Shown here one piece after another: positions 1-9,413 of a stretch of DNA of 64,000 nt (its first letter is position 1; each line of letters begins with the position of its first letter). The stretch comes from Candidatus Peregrinibacteria bacterium GW2011_GWC2_39_14 (lineage in GTDB: Bacteria; Patescibacteriota; Gracilibacteria; UBA1369; UBA12463), in contig LBWJ01000009.1 of the NCBI GenBank assembly GCA_000993595.1, forward strand, positions 5,935 through 69,934, given 5' to 3'. The notes beneath the pieces were generated by a model. The model was given only the letters and a program-made list of their open reading frames with translations, was not told the DNA's origin and made no database searches. The translations under genes and the position numbers were made by a program.

Positions 1-59
1 ATAGCGCAATTGGTTTTCAATCCAAAGATGCGTTGAAATCTAAGCTTGATGCTTTATAG
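1..59 (+). CDS. 3' end of a gene entering the window, probably thioredoxin
   Basis: Frame from nt 3 reads SAIGFQSKDALKSKLDAL* (TAG 57-59), resembling the thioredoxin C-terminal G-x-x-x-K-x-x-L helix; only 18 codons are visible. Confidence 0.45.
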   Translation, partial: SAIGFQSKDALKSKLDAL

Positions 60-83
60 GCTGATACAAGCCAATTTTTGCGA

Positions 84-557
84 TTAAAATAGACACTGTT
101 GATCAGTCGATTCATCAAAGTTTATATCTATAGTTGATTTTCTTGGCAATCTTTTTGCTTTCTCGGATTCCATGACTGCAATTTCATCCGCTAAATTATT
201 ATATTCATTACTTGCATGTCCTTTTACCCACTGCCATTCAATATTTATTCCTTTTAAATCTTTATCCATCTCTGCCCAAAGATCTTTATTTTTCTTGCGT
301 TTCCAATTTTTTGTTAACGTTTGAATTAATAGACTTGAATCAGAAAAAATTGTTGCATAATTTTTTTTATTTTTTTTGAGCCATTTTAGTGCTCCAATTA
401 CGGCCATCATTTCCATGCGATTATTGGTTGTGTATGCGTCATTTCCGCTGATGACAATTTTCTTATCATCATCAAATATTATTGCCGCCCAACCACCCGG
501 ACCAGGATTTCCAAGACAACTACCATCTGTAAATATTTTGCTTTTTTCTTTTTTCAT
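84..557 (-). CDS. rnhA: Ribonuclease HI
   Basis: FTDGSCLGNPGPGGW, TTNNRME, SDS, WVKGHA and N-x-x-AD motifs. Confidence 0.96.
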   Translation of the reverse strand: MKKEKSKIFTDGSCLGNPGPGGWAAIIFDDDKKIVISGNDAYTTNNRMEMMAVIGALKWLKKNKKNYATIFSDSSLLIQTLTKNWKRKKNKDLWAEMDKDLKGINIEWQWVKGHASNEYNNLADEIAVMESEKAKRLPRKSTIDINFDESTDQQCLF

Positions 558-594
558 ACTATATTAATAATATATCATTTAACCCTCACTTCAA

Positions 595-681
595 ATGGCA
601 AAGAAAAAAGTTGCTAAGAAGGTCGCAAAAAAAGCAGTAAAGAAAGTTGCGAAAAAAGTTGCGAAGAAAAAGAAGAGATAA
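595..681 (+). CDS. 28-aa Lys/Ala/Val-rich histone-H1-like peptide (not in ORF track)
   Basis: ATG 595 to TAA 681 encodes MAKKKVAKKVAKKAVKKVAKKVAKKKKR; repeats use varied synonymous codons; followed by a terminator. Confidence 0.75.
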   Translation: MAKKKVAKKVAKKAVKKVAKKVAKKKKR

Positions 682-708
682 TCGCTAAAGTTTAAATACT
701 GTAGCAAA

Positions 709-742
709 ACAAAAACCCTTGCTTATTTAGTAGGGGTTTTTT
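709..742. terminator. Bidirectional intrinsic terminator
   Basis: AAAAACCCTTGCT-TATTT-AGTAGGGGTTTTTT hairpin with A/T tails between convergent genes. Confidence 0.8.
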
Positions 743-754
743 AGTTGTGTTTTT

Positions 755-1333
755 TTAATTCGTTTGCATATTTACACGCACTTCCGGGAATGCTTTTTCG
801 AATGATCTCACGCAATCAGGATAATCCATTACGTTTCCCCCAGATTTTCGAACGAATATTTGGAACATCCAAGAATAGGCATCCTGTTCACATAAATCGA
901 TTGTTGTCTTAAGACCAATAACCTTTGCGACATGCATAAAATCGGCCACAGCAGTTCTGTATTCAGGTGCAACCTCACCGCCACTTTTAAACGCTCCTAT
1001 TAATTCCGCAAGCGCTTCATTTTTTATTCCATTTTTATGAGCCTGTTCGTGCCCCAAAGTTTGTGTTGCAAATTCAAGATCGCGAAAAATAACAGGGTCA
1101 GCTGTTATGCCGGTTGCATCAACCATGCCTGCAATGTCTCCCGGAAGTGTTTTTAAATTTACCTCTTCCGCCCTAAGGCCGGTTTTCATTAACGCAATTC
1201 TTGCGTTTTTTAATTCTATCTTGTGCTGTTCGTATAATGCGATTTCACGAGAACGTGCAATTTTATCCGGATTTAAACGTTTTTTATCCGGAGCATCATC
1301 TTGCGTGAACCATGTTGCTAATGTTTGAACCAT
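755..1333 (-). CDS. Hypothetical protein with zincin-like HExxH motif
   Basis: LGHEQAHKNGIKNEALAE (HExxH plus a downstream E); promoter TTGTAA(1364-69)-17-TATAAT(1341-46). Confidence 0.6.
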   Translation of the reverse strand: MVQTLATWFTQDDAPDKKRLNPDKIARSREIALYEQHKIELKNARIALMKTGLRAEEVNLKTLPGDIAGMVDATGITADPVIFRDLEFATQTLGHEQAHKNGIKNEALAELIGAFKSGGEVAPEYRTAVADFMHVAKVIGLKTTIDLCEQDAYSWMFQIFVRKSGGNVMDYPDCVRSFEKAFPEVRVNMQTN

Positions 1334-1386
1334 ATATTCTATTATACCTTATTTTTGTGGCTTTTACAAGCCATATAAAATTACTA

Positions 1387-1443
1387 TTGACAATTTTTGC
1401 GTGTTTTGATATTGTATCAACGTATTAACACGTTAAAACAATA
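1387..1443 (+). promoter_or_regulatory. Sigma-70 promoter with overlapping 34-bp palindromic operator
   Basis: TTGACA 1387-92, 17-bp spacer, TGn-TATTGT 1410-15; palindrome 1410-1443 with 28/34 symmetric positions. Confidence 0.75.
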
Positions 1444-1445
1444 GA

Positions 1446-1733
1446 ATGACTGAAAAAGCAATAAATACAGTGGAAGCAAAAGAATTGTTTAATGCGATCT
1501 CAAAGCTAAAAAATGCTGACGAGTGTCGCAAGTTTTTTCGTGATCTTTGCACACTTTCTGAACTAACAAGTATGATTGAAAGACTTCAAGCCGCAAAATT
1601 AATTCAAAAAGATACTCCATATAGAAAAATCAGCGAGTTGACCGGTGCCAGCACAACGACGGTGACGAGAGTTGCGCATTGGTTCAACCACGGACTGGGT
1701 GGGTATAAGCTCGTATTAAGCCGTAAAAGGTAA
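1446..1733 (+). CDS. TrpR-like (YerC/YecD) transcriptional regulator
   Basis: FFRDLCTLSEL...ERLQAA...YRKISELTGASTTTVTRVA...GGY signature. Confidence 0.92.
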   Translation: MTEKAINTVEAKELFNAISKLKNADECRKFFRDLCTLSELTSMIERLQAAKLIQKDTPYRKISELTGASTTTVTRVAHWFNHGLGGYKLVLSRKR

Positions 1734-1768
1734 AACGAGGACTGTAATTCCCACCCGAAAAACAATTT

Positions 1769-1799
1769 GAAAGGCGCAATTAGCGACCTTTTTCTTTTT
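1769..1799 (+). terminator. Terminator/attenuator-like hairpin inside the putative operon
   Basis: AAAGG-CGC-AATTA-GCG-A-CCTTT followed by a T-rich tract. Confidence 0.5.
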
Positions 1800-1820
1800 A
1801 ATTTTTAACTTTATAAAACT

Positions 1821-2825
1821 ATGTCAGCATTACCATTAAATGAAAAAATTCCTGTTATAAAAGGCCTTGATCTTTCGAATACAGACCTTAAAAAAGCACA
1901 GGAAGAAAATAAAATGTTACTTATGGACATTGAAACGTCCAATATCTGCAATCTTAAATGTCGTTATTGTTTCCGTGATGTTTATGGCGGACACGATACT
2001 CTCAAAAATGAATTAACGCTTGAGCAAAGATTCAAATTATTCGATCAAGCCAAGGAACTTGGATGCAGAACTCTTAAGATCTCCGGGGCCGGCGAACCGC
2101 TTATAGATAAGCTTTTCTGGCCTATGGTTGATTATGCAAACAAACTTGGCATGACGATTATTTCTTTCACAAACGGAATGGTGATTGATAAAGCAATGGC
2201 GAAGAAACTTTACGAAAAAAACGTTTCTTTAATTGTTAAATGTAATTCCAGAGATCCAAAGGTGGAAGATTTTATGACCGGAAGAGATGGCTATGCTTTA
2301 AAAAGAAATAAGGCTATAGATTATTTGATCGAACTTGGTTTTAATAAAACAAAACCAACACGGCTTGGTCTTGATGCTGTTATTACAAAATATAACATCA
2401 AAGAAATCATCCCATCATTAAGATTTTGCAGACAGAATAATATAATGCCAATTTTTAGACCTATGATGCCGATTGGAGCCGCTATAAGCGTAAAAGACTG
2501 GGAAATAACTCGAGAAGAAACGATTAAATTGTATGAAAAAGCGCTTGAAATGGATCGCAAAGAATTTGATTTGGATTATGAACTGACTTTGCCTTATATT
2601 GGCGGACTTTGGTGCAGACAGCTTAATTATGCGGTTTATACGAATATTTTGGGTGAAGTTTATATGTGCACGGGCTCGAGAAAAAAACTTGGCGATGTTA
2701 AGAAACAAACACTTTCAGAAATCTGGAATTCGAAAGAAGTTCAGAGAATTAGAAATACCCCATATTCATCTTGTCCAATGCGTGAAAATTATTGGGCAGG
2801 CAAAAAAGAATATGACTGCTTATAA
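1821..2825 (+). CDS. Radical SAM protein with SPASM/twitch C-terminal domain
   Basis: CNLKCRYC, GAGEP, FTNG; C-terminal C...GEVYMC...LGDV...LSEIWNS...C. Confidence 0.92.
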   Translation: MSALPLNEKIPVIKGLDLSNTDLKKAQEENKMLLMDIETSNICNLKCRYCFRDVYGGHDTLKNELTLEQRFKLFDQAKELGCRTLKISGAGEPLIDKLFWPMVDYANKLGMTIISFTNGMVIDKAMAKKLYEKNVSLIVKCNSRDPKVEDFMTGRDGYALKRNKAIDYLIELGFNKTKPTRLGLDAVITKYNIKEIIPSLRFCRQNNIMPIFRPMMPIGAAISVKDWEITREETIKLYEKALEMDRKEFDLDYELTLPYIGGLWCRQLNYAVYTNILGEVYMCTGSRKKLGDVKKQTLSEIWNSKEVQRIRNTPYSSCPMRENYWAGKKEYDCL

Positions 2826-2841
2826 TTAACTATTTATTAAA

Positions 2842-3684
2842 ATGAATGTATTAGAAACAACTGACGCGATTGATCGCGAACCTACTGACGATATTAAATT
2901 TGAAATTCTTGAACCGGATGATCCTGAAAATGCGGCTCGGCGAATTGAAGAAATAAGGCAAAAAACCCCTTCTGATCCGGATCTTCTTAAGTGGAGGGTT
3001 AAACTTGGCCCTAATCCGTCTCCGCAGGCACGCTATGACATGGAATATAAGCGCGGGATCTATCAATCTTATAAACCCGGCATAGACGATTTTGGAATTG
3101 AAAAATTCTTAGGAAGATCATTGTGGTTTCCCTATGTAACTGAAATCGGTGGCGGTCTCGCAAATATTGCAAATTTAGCTTTGGCGAAATCTGATATTGT
3201 TCAATCGCGCTTTTCGTTTGATATAGCCAAATTGCCCAAAGATCCCAAGTCTCGCGTTACTTATCTACAAGGCGATATAACGGACACCGATGATGCCAGA
3301 GAAATGGTAGCGCGCAGCTCTTGCAGCCCCACGCTGTTTGTTTTATCTTACTGTCTCGATCGCGTTAGCGACCAAAGAATGGCAATAAAAAATTTCGCAG
3401 ATTTAGTAAAATGGAACAAAGAAAATGTTGGATTAATCACTGTTTGTTTGCCGGCAAAACCTTTTAGTCCCGGAGTTTCAACCCTTGATTATTCCGAAAA
3501 CGGCAAATGGCTTACTAAAGGTGAAAACGCCATTGATGATTACAAATTGATAAAACAAGAATTTGAAAAACGCGGACTTCGCGTTCTCAAAAATGGCATA
3601 ACAAAACACTATGGAGTTTCGCTTGATGGTTATGAAGAATTACCTTGCTATTGCATGCTTGTAAAAGCCGACTTATTTGGATAA
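2842..3684 (+). CDS. Putative class I SAM-dependent methyltransferase-like protein
   Basis: VTEIGGG (motif I-like), FDI, YLQGDI, LSYCLDRVSDQRMAIKNFADLVK (post-II/III pattern). Confidence 0.55.
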   Translation: MNVLETTDAIDREPTDDIKFEILEPDDPENAARRIEEIRQKTPSDPDLLKWRVKLGPNPSPQARYDMEYKRGIYQSYKPGIDDFGIEKFLGRSLWFPYVTEIGGGLANIANLALAKSDIVQSRFSFDIAKLPKDPKSRVTYLQGDITDTDDAREMVARSSCSPTLFVLSYCLDRVSDQRMAIKNFADLVKWNKENVGLITVCLPAKPFSPGVSTLDYSENGKWLTKGENAIDDYKLIKQEFEKRGLRVLKNGITKHYGVSLDGYEELPCYCMLVKADLFG

Positions 3685-5010
3685 TTTTTCAATTTCTTTC
3701 GCCAGCTTATCCAGTCCAAGATTGCCGACACCGCCTTGATGCTTGGACTGTTTGAGCATGGAAACGATCGAGGATTTGTCGATTTTTATTTCTTTGAGAT
3801 GAGAACCGACTTCACGATAAGCGTCGCGGAAAGACATGCCGCCTTTTACCATTTCAAAAGCTTTGTGCGCGGAAAAAAGTTCAGGCACCATGTTATCGAG
3901 CAATTTTTCTTCGTTTGGAACAATGTTTTTTATGACAACCGACATTGCTTCGAGTGACATTTTTGTGTAACGCAAGCCGAGAAACAACGGACGTTTAATT
4001 TCCTGTCCGTCCCTGTGATAACCGGAAATTTTGTTGATGTAATTCATTATCATTTCACTTCTACATGCAACGACTGTTGCTGTGCGACCGCGAATCAATT
4101 CACAAACATCAAGATTTTTCTTTTGCGGCATGATTGATGAGCCTGTTGAAATATTATCCGGCACATGGAAAAAATTAAATTCCTGAGTCGTGAAGAAAAG
4201 AAGATCACAAGCTAGCTTATTGAGAGTCAGCATTATTTCTATGCAAGCTTCAAGCGTCATTCCTGCAATTCTACCGCGTGAATTGTGGCAATAAATAACG
4301 TTGCTTTGCGTCCTTTTGAAGCCAAGATCGGCCGATAGCTTGTCGCGATCAAATGCAAATGGAGAACCAAATCCCGCGCCACTTCCAAGCGGATTTTGAT
4401 CAACGAGTGTATCTGAAATCGCAATCATCATTTTAATATCATCTAATAAATTTTCCGCAAAAGCACCGTACCAAGTTCCGACAGAAGTCGGCATTGCCTT
4501 CTGCATATGCGTATAACCGGGCATTGGCATAAATTCGTATTTTTTCGCCATATCAACCAAGTCCTTGGCGAGCTTTAATGCAACTTTTTTCATATCAGCG
4601 AGCCTGTCTTTCATAAAAAGCCTTTCTGTAACCAAAATCTGGTCATTGCGTGAACGTGCTGTGTGAATCTTTTTTCCAATTTCACCATAATTCTCAACAA
4701 GATAATTTTCGATTTTTGTATGACAGTCCTCATCTTCAACTGTTAAAACAAATTTTCCCGCATTATAAAGTTTTGTAATTTCCGCGAGACCCTTTTTTAA
4801 TTGCTCCAATTCTTTAGCTGTGATTATTCCATGGCGATGCAGCATTTTCCCATATCCAAGCGATCCCTGGACATCATATGGAATCAATTCCTGATCGCGA
4901 AGAATATCTTCACCCGCGTTATATTCCTCAACCACAGGATCAATTTTCATGGCGGAAGCTTTATACCAGAGTTTTCTTAGTATAGGTTTTTTTGGGGTTG
5001 TTTTAGGCAT
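3673..5010 (-). CDS. argH: Argininosuccinate lyase
   Basis: EDCHT, HTARSRNDQ, PGYTHMQKAMP, GSSIMPQKKN, FRDAY motifs. Confidence 0.92.
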   Translation of the reverse strand: MPKTTPKKPILRKLWYKASAMKIDPVVEEYNAGEDILRDQELIPYDVQGSLGYGKMLHRHGIITAKELEQLKKGLAEITKLYNAGKFVLTVEDEDCHTKIENYLVENYGEIGKKIHTARSRNDQILVTERLFMKDRLADMKKVALKLAKDLVDMAKKYEFMPMPGYTHMQKAMPTSVGTWYGAFAENLLDDIKMMIAISDTLVDQNPLGSGAGFGSPFAFDRDKLSADLGFKRTQSNVIYCHNSRGRIAGMTLEACIEIMLTLNKLACDLLFFTTQEFNFFHVPDNISTGSSIMPQKKNLDVCELIRGRTATVVACRSEMIMNYINKISGYHRDGQEIKRPLFLGLRYTKMSLEAMSVVIKNIVPNEEKLLDNMVPELFSAHKAFEMVKGGMSFRDAYREVGSHLKEIKIDKSSIVSMLKQSKHQGGVGNLGLDKLAKEIEKLSK

Positions 5011-5040
5011 ATCAACTGTTTGATAATTGATTATTGACTA

Positions 5041-6048
5041 TTATAAATTAAGCTTCAGCGTCTTATAGCCATTTGTCGTCGCAACTGCGGCCAATTTTGG
5101 GATGTCGTACAACCTGCATGCGGCCGCGAGCATAAGGACTTCATCCACGAGATCTCCGCTGCAATCCGGAACAATAATATCTGAAATATTGTCCGTACCA
5201 ATTGATACGTTCACGCCGGCTTCAAGCATTTCATCAACTTGCGCTATAGAATTATGAACCGGCGCCATCTTATCTTTGTGCTGTTTCATGGTAATCACAG
5301 CCTTTGGACACACGGTTACATTTGTATTTGTATCAACCATTTTTTTATAAATTCTTTTTCGATCTTCCGTTGATTGGCATGACACGGAAAGCGCATGCAA
5401 AAGCGTCACGCGGCCCTCCATGTGATTCTCCACAATCTTATCCAAAAACCATTCCGTATCTTTTTCGAGCGGATTATTTTCCTGATCAATGTGAACATCT
5501 ATATCTTTATTAAGATTTTTTGCGACTGAGAATAAAAAGTCTGCGTGCTTTCTGCCTCCGTCCCCGAATTTCCTATCCCTTGAAGGCAAACCTCCAACGA
5601 CATCACAAATCGCGCATGCTTTTTCGAACAGACCAGTTTTGACTTTGTCAAAATTGGTCGCATCCGCATTCAAAAATCCCTCCAACGGTTGCGGTGCAAG
5701 CTGAAGAATAAATTTTCCCTTATATTTTTCACGCATTTCGGCGGCTGTATTTATACAAAGCATGTCAACGATGTTGTCCGCATCAACAAAAGTGCGACAA
5801 GCAATGATTCCCTGTTCCATAAAAAGGGCTATAGCATCCTCAAAACGCTTTATCAGCGACTCTCGTGTATGTGCTTTTTTAATATCACGATTTAAAACCC
5901 ATTTTTCTTCCATCAAGGCGTTTGAAAGCGCAAAGTTCTCTTCTGTAAGGGTATATGCGCGATCCAAATGAGCATGACAATTGACCATCCCCTTGGTCTT
6001 TGCGATTTCTTTTAAAAGCATTTCCTTGAATAAGAATTGTTGTGGCAT
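5041..6048 (-). CDS. Metal-dependent amidohydrolase, cytosine-deaminase-like
   Basis: VNCHAHLD, RTFVD, DVHID, H-A-L-S, GTDN motifs. Confidence 0.85.
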   Translation of the reverse strand: MPQQFLFKEMLLKEIAKTKGMVNCHAHLDRAYTLTEENFALSNALMEEKWVLNRDIKKAHTRESLIKRFEDAIALFMEQGIIACRTFVDADNIVDMLCINTAAEMREKYKGKFILQLAPQPLEGFLNADATNFDKVKTGLFEKACAICDVVGGLPSRDRKFGDGGRKHADFLFSVAKNLNKDIDVHIDQENNPLEKDTEWFLDKIVENHMEGRVTLLHALSVSCQSTEDRKRIYKKMVDTNTNVTVCPKAVITMKQHKDKMAPVHNSIAQVDEMLEAGVNVSIGTDNISDIIVPDCSGDLVDEVLMLAAACRLYDIPKLAAVATTNGYKTLKLNL

Positions 6049-6101
6049 ATTTGTTTTAAAATTTCTGCTTTGTATTTTATATTTTTTGCGGAAAAAAGCA
6101 A

Positions 6102-6977
6102 TTATGAAGTGGTTGATTCCTTTTTTGACAGGAAATAGATGCCAAAAATAAGCAAAAACATGCCTCCCATTTGCATAATAGTCACTGATTCACCAAGAAA
6201 TATAAAGCCCAGAATTGCGACAAAAAATGGAGAAGTAAGCTCAAGACTAGTAACCTGAGCGGCCTTTAGTCTTTTCATGGCTTCATAAAAAAGCAATATT
6301 CCAATTCCAGCGATCACTCCGTTTAATATTTGATAAACATTGCTTACATAAAATGCGTTTGTATAAATTAAATAAGCAACAAGCATAACTGCGCCAATTC
6401 CAAATCTATAAAAAGTCGTAACTCCGGCATTGGTATTACTTAAATATTTTCTTGCAACCATTCCGGTCGTGGCCCATGCAATAGTTGCAATAAGCATAAA
6501 ATAATCCTCTTTTGTACCAATGCTAAAATTCCTCAAGCTATCCATGTCTTTTGCTACCACAAAAAATGCAGCTAAAAACATAAATGCGACTCCGATGTAA
6601 TCGTATTTTGTTATTTTATCGCTCTTTAAGAAAAAATATCCGATTAACAAAATGAATATTGGCTGGATGTGCCCTATCACGGAATAATTTACGACTGAAA
6701 TTTTACTTACTGAATAAAAATATATGAGATCGCCGATTATTGAGCCAAAAATCGCAAGATACATCATTGCGGAAAATTCCTTTTTTGTAACTTTAAAACT
6801 CGCCTTGTTCGTTATCAACGTGTAAATAAAGGCAATAATCACCATTGGAATCGCCCTTATTCCAAGTGTTTGTACGAATGTTGCATTTGAATATGACAAT
6901 TTAACAAGCACGGGATCAATCGCCCAAATGATGCTCGCGAGAAGAATTAAAATCACGCCAACGTGTTTCTTGTTCAT
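6102..6977 (-). CDS. DMT/EamA family transporter
   Basis: About 10 TM helices in two repeats; LELTSPFFVAILGFIFLGE. Confidence 0.9.
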   Translation of the reverse strand: MNKKHVGVILILLASIIWAIDPVLVKLSYSNATFVQTLGIRAIPMVIIAFIYTLITNKASFKVTKKEFSAMMYLAIFGSIIGDLIYFYSVSKISVVNYSVIGHIQPIFILLIGYFFLKSDKITKYDYIGVAFMFLAAFFVVAKDMDSLRNFSIGTKEDYFMLIATIAWATTGMVARKYLSNTNAGVTTFYRFGIGAVMLVAYLIYTNAFYVSNVYQILNGVIAGIGILLFYEAMKRLKAAQVTSLELTSPFFVAILGFIFLGESVTIMQMGGMFLLIFGIYFLSKKESTTS

Positions 6978-7007
6978 GCGTGGATTATAACATGATAGAA
7001 TTGCGTT

Positions 7008-8021
7008 ATGAATTTTTGGGAAAAATTAGGAAAATCAGAGCGGCCGTTTTTTTGTTTGGCGCCAATGGAAGACGTGACCGACACGTGTTTTCGACAAATC
7101 GTTATGAAGGCGGGAAGGCCGGATGTGTTTTTTACTGAATTTATGAACATTGAAGCATTTGGAACAAAGGGTGAGGATAAAGTCATTCATCGGCTTAAAT
7201 ATGCGAAAAAAGAGCACCCGATTGTTGCACAAATTTGGGGAATGGACCTACGAAAATATATTCTTGGAATAAAAAAAATTAAAGAACTGGGATTTGATGG
7301 CGTTGATATCAATATGGCGTGTCCGGAAAAAAGAATTATTAAAAATGGCGCGTGCTCCGCGTTGATTAAAGACCCTGCGTTTGCAAAAGAAATTATTTTG
7401 ATTGCAAAAGAAGCCGCGGGAGACATGCCTGTTAGCGTCAAGACGCGTATTGGATTTAATAACATACAAACTGAGGAGTGGATTGGTTTTTTGCTTACTA
7501 TGGGCCTTGATGCGCTCACGATACACGGCAGAACGCGCAAAGAGATGTCTAAAGTTCCTGCGCACTGGGATGAAATTGGAAAGGCTGTGAAAATGAGAGA
7601 TGAAATGATGAAGGCGGGCGGAAAATTGGTAGGCAACAAGCCCGCGAAAAAAACTTTAATTATCGGGAATGGCGATATAAAAAACCGTGAACATGGAATC
7701 GAAATGGCAAAAAAATATGGCGTTGATGGGATTATGATTGGACGCGGAATTTTTCATAATTTGCTTGCGTTTAAAACTGGTGGCGCCGATGGTTCAAGTG
7801 CGGATTTCTCTGCCCTACCAATCAAAAAACGGCTTAAATATGCACTCGACCACTTGGAGCTTTTCGATAAAACTTGGGACGATTTCAAGAACTACGAAGA
7901 TATGAAAAAATTCTTAAAAATGTATATTATTGGGTTTGAAGGCGCAAATGATTTGAGAGTGAAATTGATGGGAACGAAGAAGAATGAGGAGGCACAAAAG
8001 ATACTTGAAGAATTAATATAA
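7008..8021 (+). CDS. dus: tRNA-dihydrouridine synthase
   Basis: LAPMEDVTD, DINMACP, SVKTRIG, IHGRT, GNGDI, MIGRG. Confidence 0.95.
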   Translation: MNFWEKLGKSERPFFCLAPMEDVTDTCFRQIVMKAGRPDVFFTEFMNIEAFGTKGEDKVIHRLKYAKKEHPIVAQIWGMDLRKYILGIKKIKELGFDGVDINMACPEKRIIKNGACSALIKDPAFAKEIILIAKEAAGDMPVSVKTRIGFNNIQTEEWIGFLLTMGLDALTIHGRTRKEMSKVPAHWDEIGKAVKMRDEMMKAGGKLVGNKPAKKTLIIGNGDIKNREHGIEMAKKYGVDGIMIGRGIFHNLLAFKTGGADGSSADFSALPIKKRLKYALDHLELFDKTWDDFKNYEDMKKFLKMYIIGFEGANDLRVKLMGTKKNEEAQKILEELI

Positions 8022-9389
8022 ATATTCTTCCTGATCAACATCTCGATCTTTTCTATCATACCCATCGTAATCTTTATCCATGAATGCACTTTTAATATAC
8101 GGCTGAATTCGCCTGTGCCATATTTGATTTACTCTCTCCCTTGTTATCCCTAAAAAATCGCACATCGCCTGCATTTGATAATCTTCACCGTTTGGAATTG
8201 CAAAAATTTGACTCAATACGACTCTATCAAATTCCGTCATCCTATTCATCGCCATTACGCAAAGCGTCTCCGCGCAATCGTCCATTTTAAATCGCAACAT
8301 GCGGCCAAAAATATTTTCACCCTTAACGACTGCCTCCGGATTATCTTCGCTTTCCATTATCATCGCCTGAAGTTCAACTATTTTTTGACGCTTCATTGTT
8401 GTAACCCCATTTGCTCTTGGCTTAAACTCTTCACACAAACCTTTCAAAACTTCCATAAATCCACTTACGGATTGAACCATATTTTCCATTAGATCCGCAT
8501 TCCTACTCAATCTACAAAGTTTAACCGGATCCCCACACTCGCCGCTGTTTAAATTAAATTTTAAAGACACTATAAGCTGATCTCTTTCACCAAGCCCGCT
8601 AATTGCATTCATCAACAATCTCTTTCTTTCTCTTTTTACAGCGACGCTTTCCGGACTTTCAGCATGCCCATCTGACATCATATCGCCCAACGACCCGCCA
8701 TCATCGTCATTATCGCTACCTCCGGCTTCCATAGATACTGTGCGTGAAGTTATGACTGTTTTTACCTTATATGCCGTTTCTTTTAAACATTTCAAAAGCA
8801 TCTCTATCTCCTCAGGTTGCAGTTCATTCACCTGTCTATCACCGGCAACTTCCGCATAACCAGGCGCAGTTTTCAACTCTCTAATTCTATTTGATCCATA
8901 ACTTGAATCTCTATATCCATGCTTTAATACATATGCACGCAACCTAGCGCTATAAAAATTATTTAATGCCCCTCTGAGGTATGTTAAAAAGGTACAATCC
9001 GAACGATGATCAAACCCCTTGACGCATCTATATGCAACCAAAACACCATCTTGTATCAAATCCATAACCATCTCTTGCTTGCTCTTTTGACCTGACCAAG
9101 AAACCGCTCGACTGATTATAAATCTTAAATTTCGCTCAACTACTTCCTGAGCGGCATCCATATCTCCACTTTGTGCCAAAATAATCAGGCCTCTAGTTTC
9201 AACATCGCTTATGACGGGCTTAATATAAGCCTGTTTGAGCGCCGTCCTTGAAAAACGTATCAAATCTACGTTTCCACCAAGCACGTCCATTAGATTCCCT
9301 CCTGCTCCGGCGTCATATTCAGGCTTGCTTGCTTCAGCATCGCCCTCATCTCCGTATATTCCTAATTCTATAAGGCTATCCGTTATCAT
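8013..9389 (-). CDS. Divergent sigma-70 family factor with split/duplicated region 4
   Basis: AQSGDMDAAQEVVERNLRFI, DLIQDG...FD...FLTY (region 2), SLGDMMSD...SPE, LGERDQLIVSLKFNL, LGITRERVNQI (4.2 HTH). Confidence 0.8.
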   Translation of the reverse strand: MITDSLIELGIYGDEGDAEASKPEYDAGAGGNLMDVLGGNVDLIRFSRTALKQAYIKPVISDVETRGLIILAQSGDMDAAQEVVERNLRFIISRAVSWSGQKSKQEMVMDLIQDGVLVAYRCVKGFDHRSDCTFLTYLRGALNNFYSARLRAYVLKHGYRDSSYGSNRIRELKTAPGYAEVAGDRQVNELQPEEIEMLLKCLKETAYKVKTVITSRTVSMEAGGSDNDDDGGSLGDMMSDGHAESPESVAVKRERKRLLMNAISGLGERDQLIVSLKFNLNSGECGDPVKLCRLSRNADLMENMVQSVSGFMEVLKGLCEEFKPRANGVTTMKRQKIVELQAMIMESEDNPEAVVKGENIFGRMLRFKMDDCAETLCVMAMNRMTEFDRVVLSQIFAIPNGEDYQMQAMCDFLGITRERVNQIWHRRIQPYIKSAFMDKDYDGYDRKDRDVDQEEYLY

Positions 9390-9413
9390 TTATATAAATT
9401 TGTAAATTATTTA

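Noticed and set aside
595..2825. Lys-rich peptide as RiPP precursor of the SPASM enzyme
   Set aside because: It has its own terminator, is separated by an opposite-strand gene, and lacks a leader/core pattern
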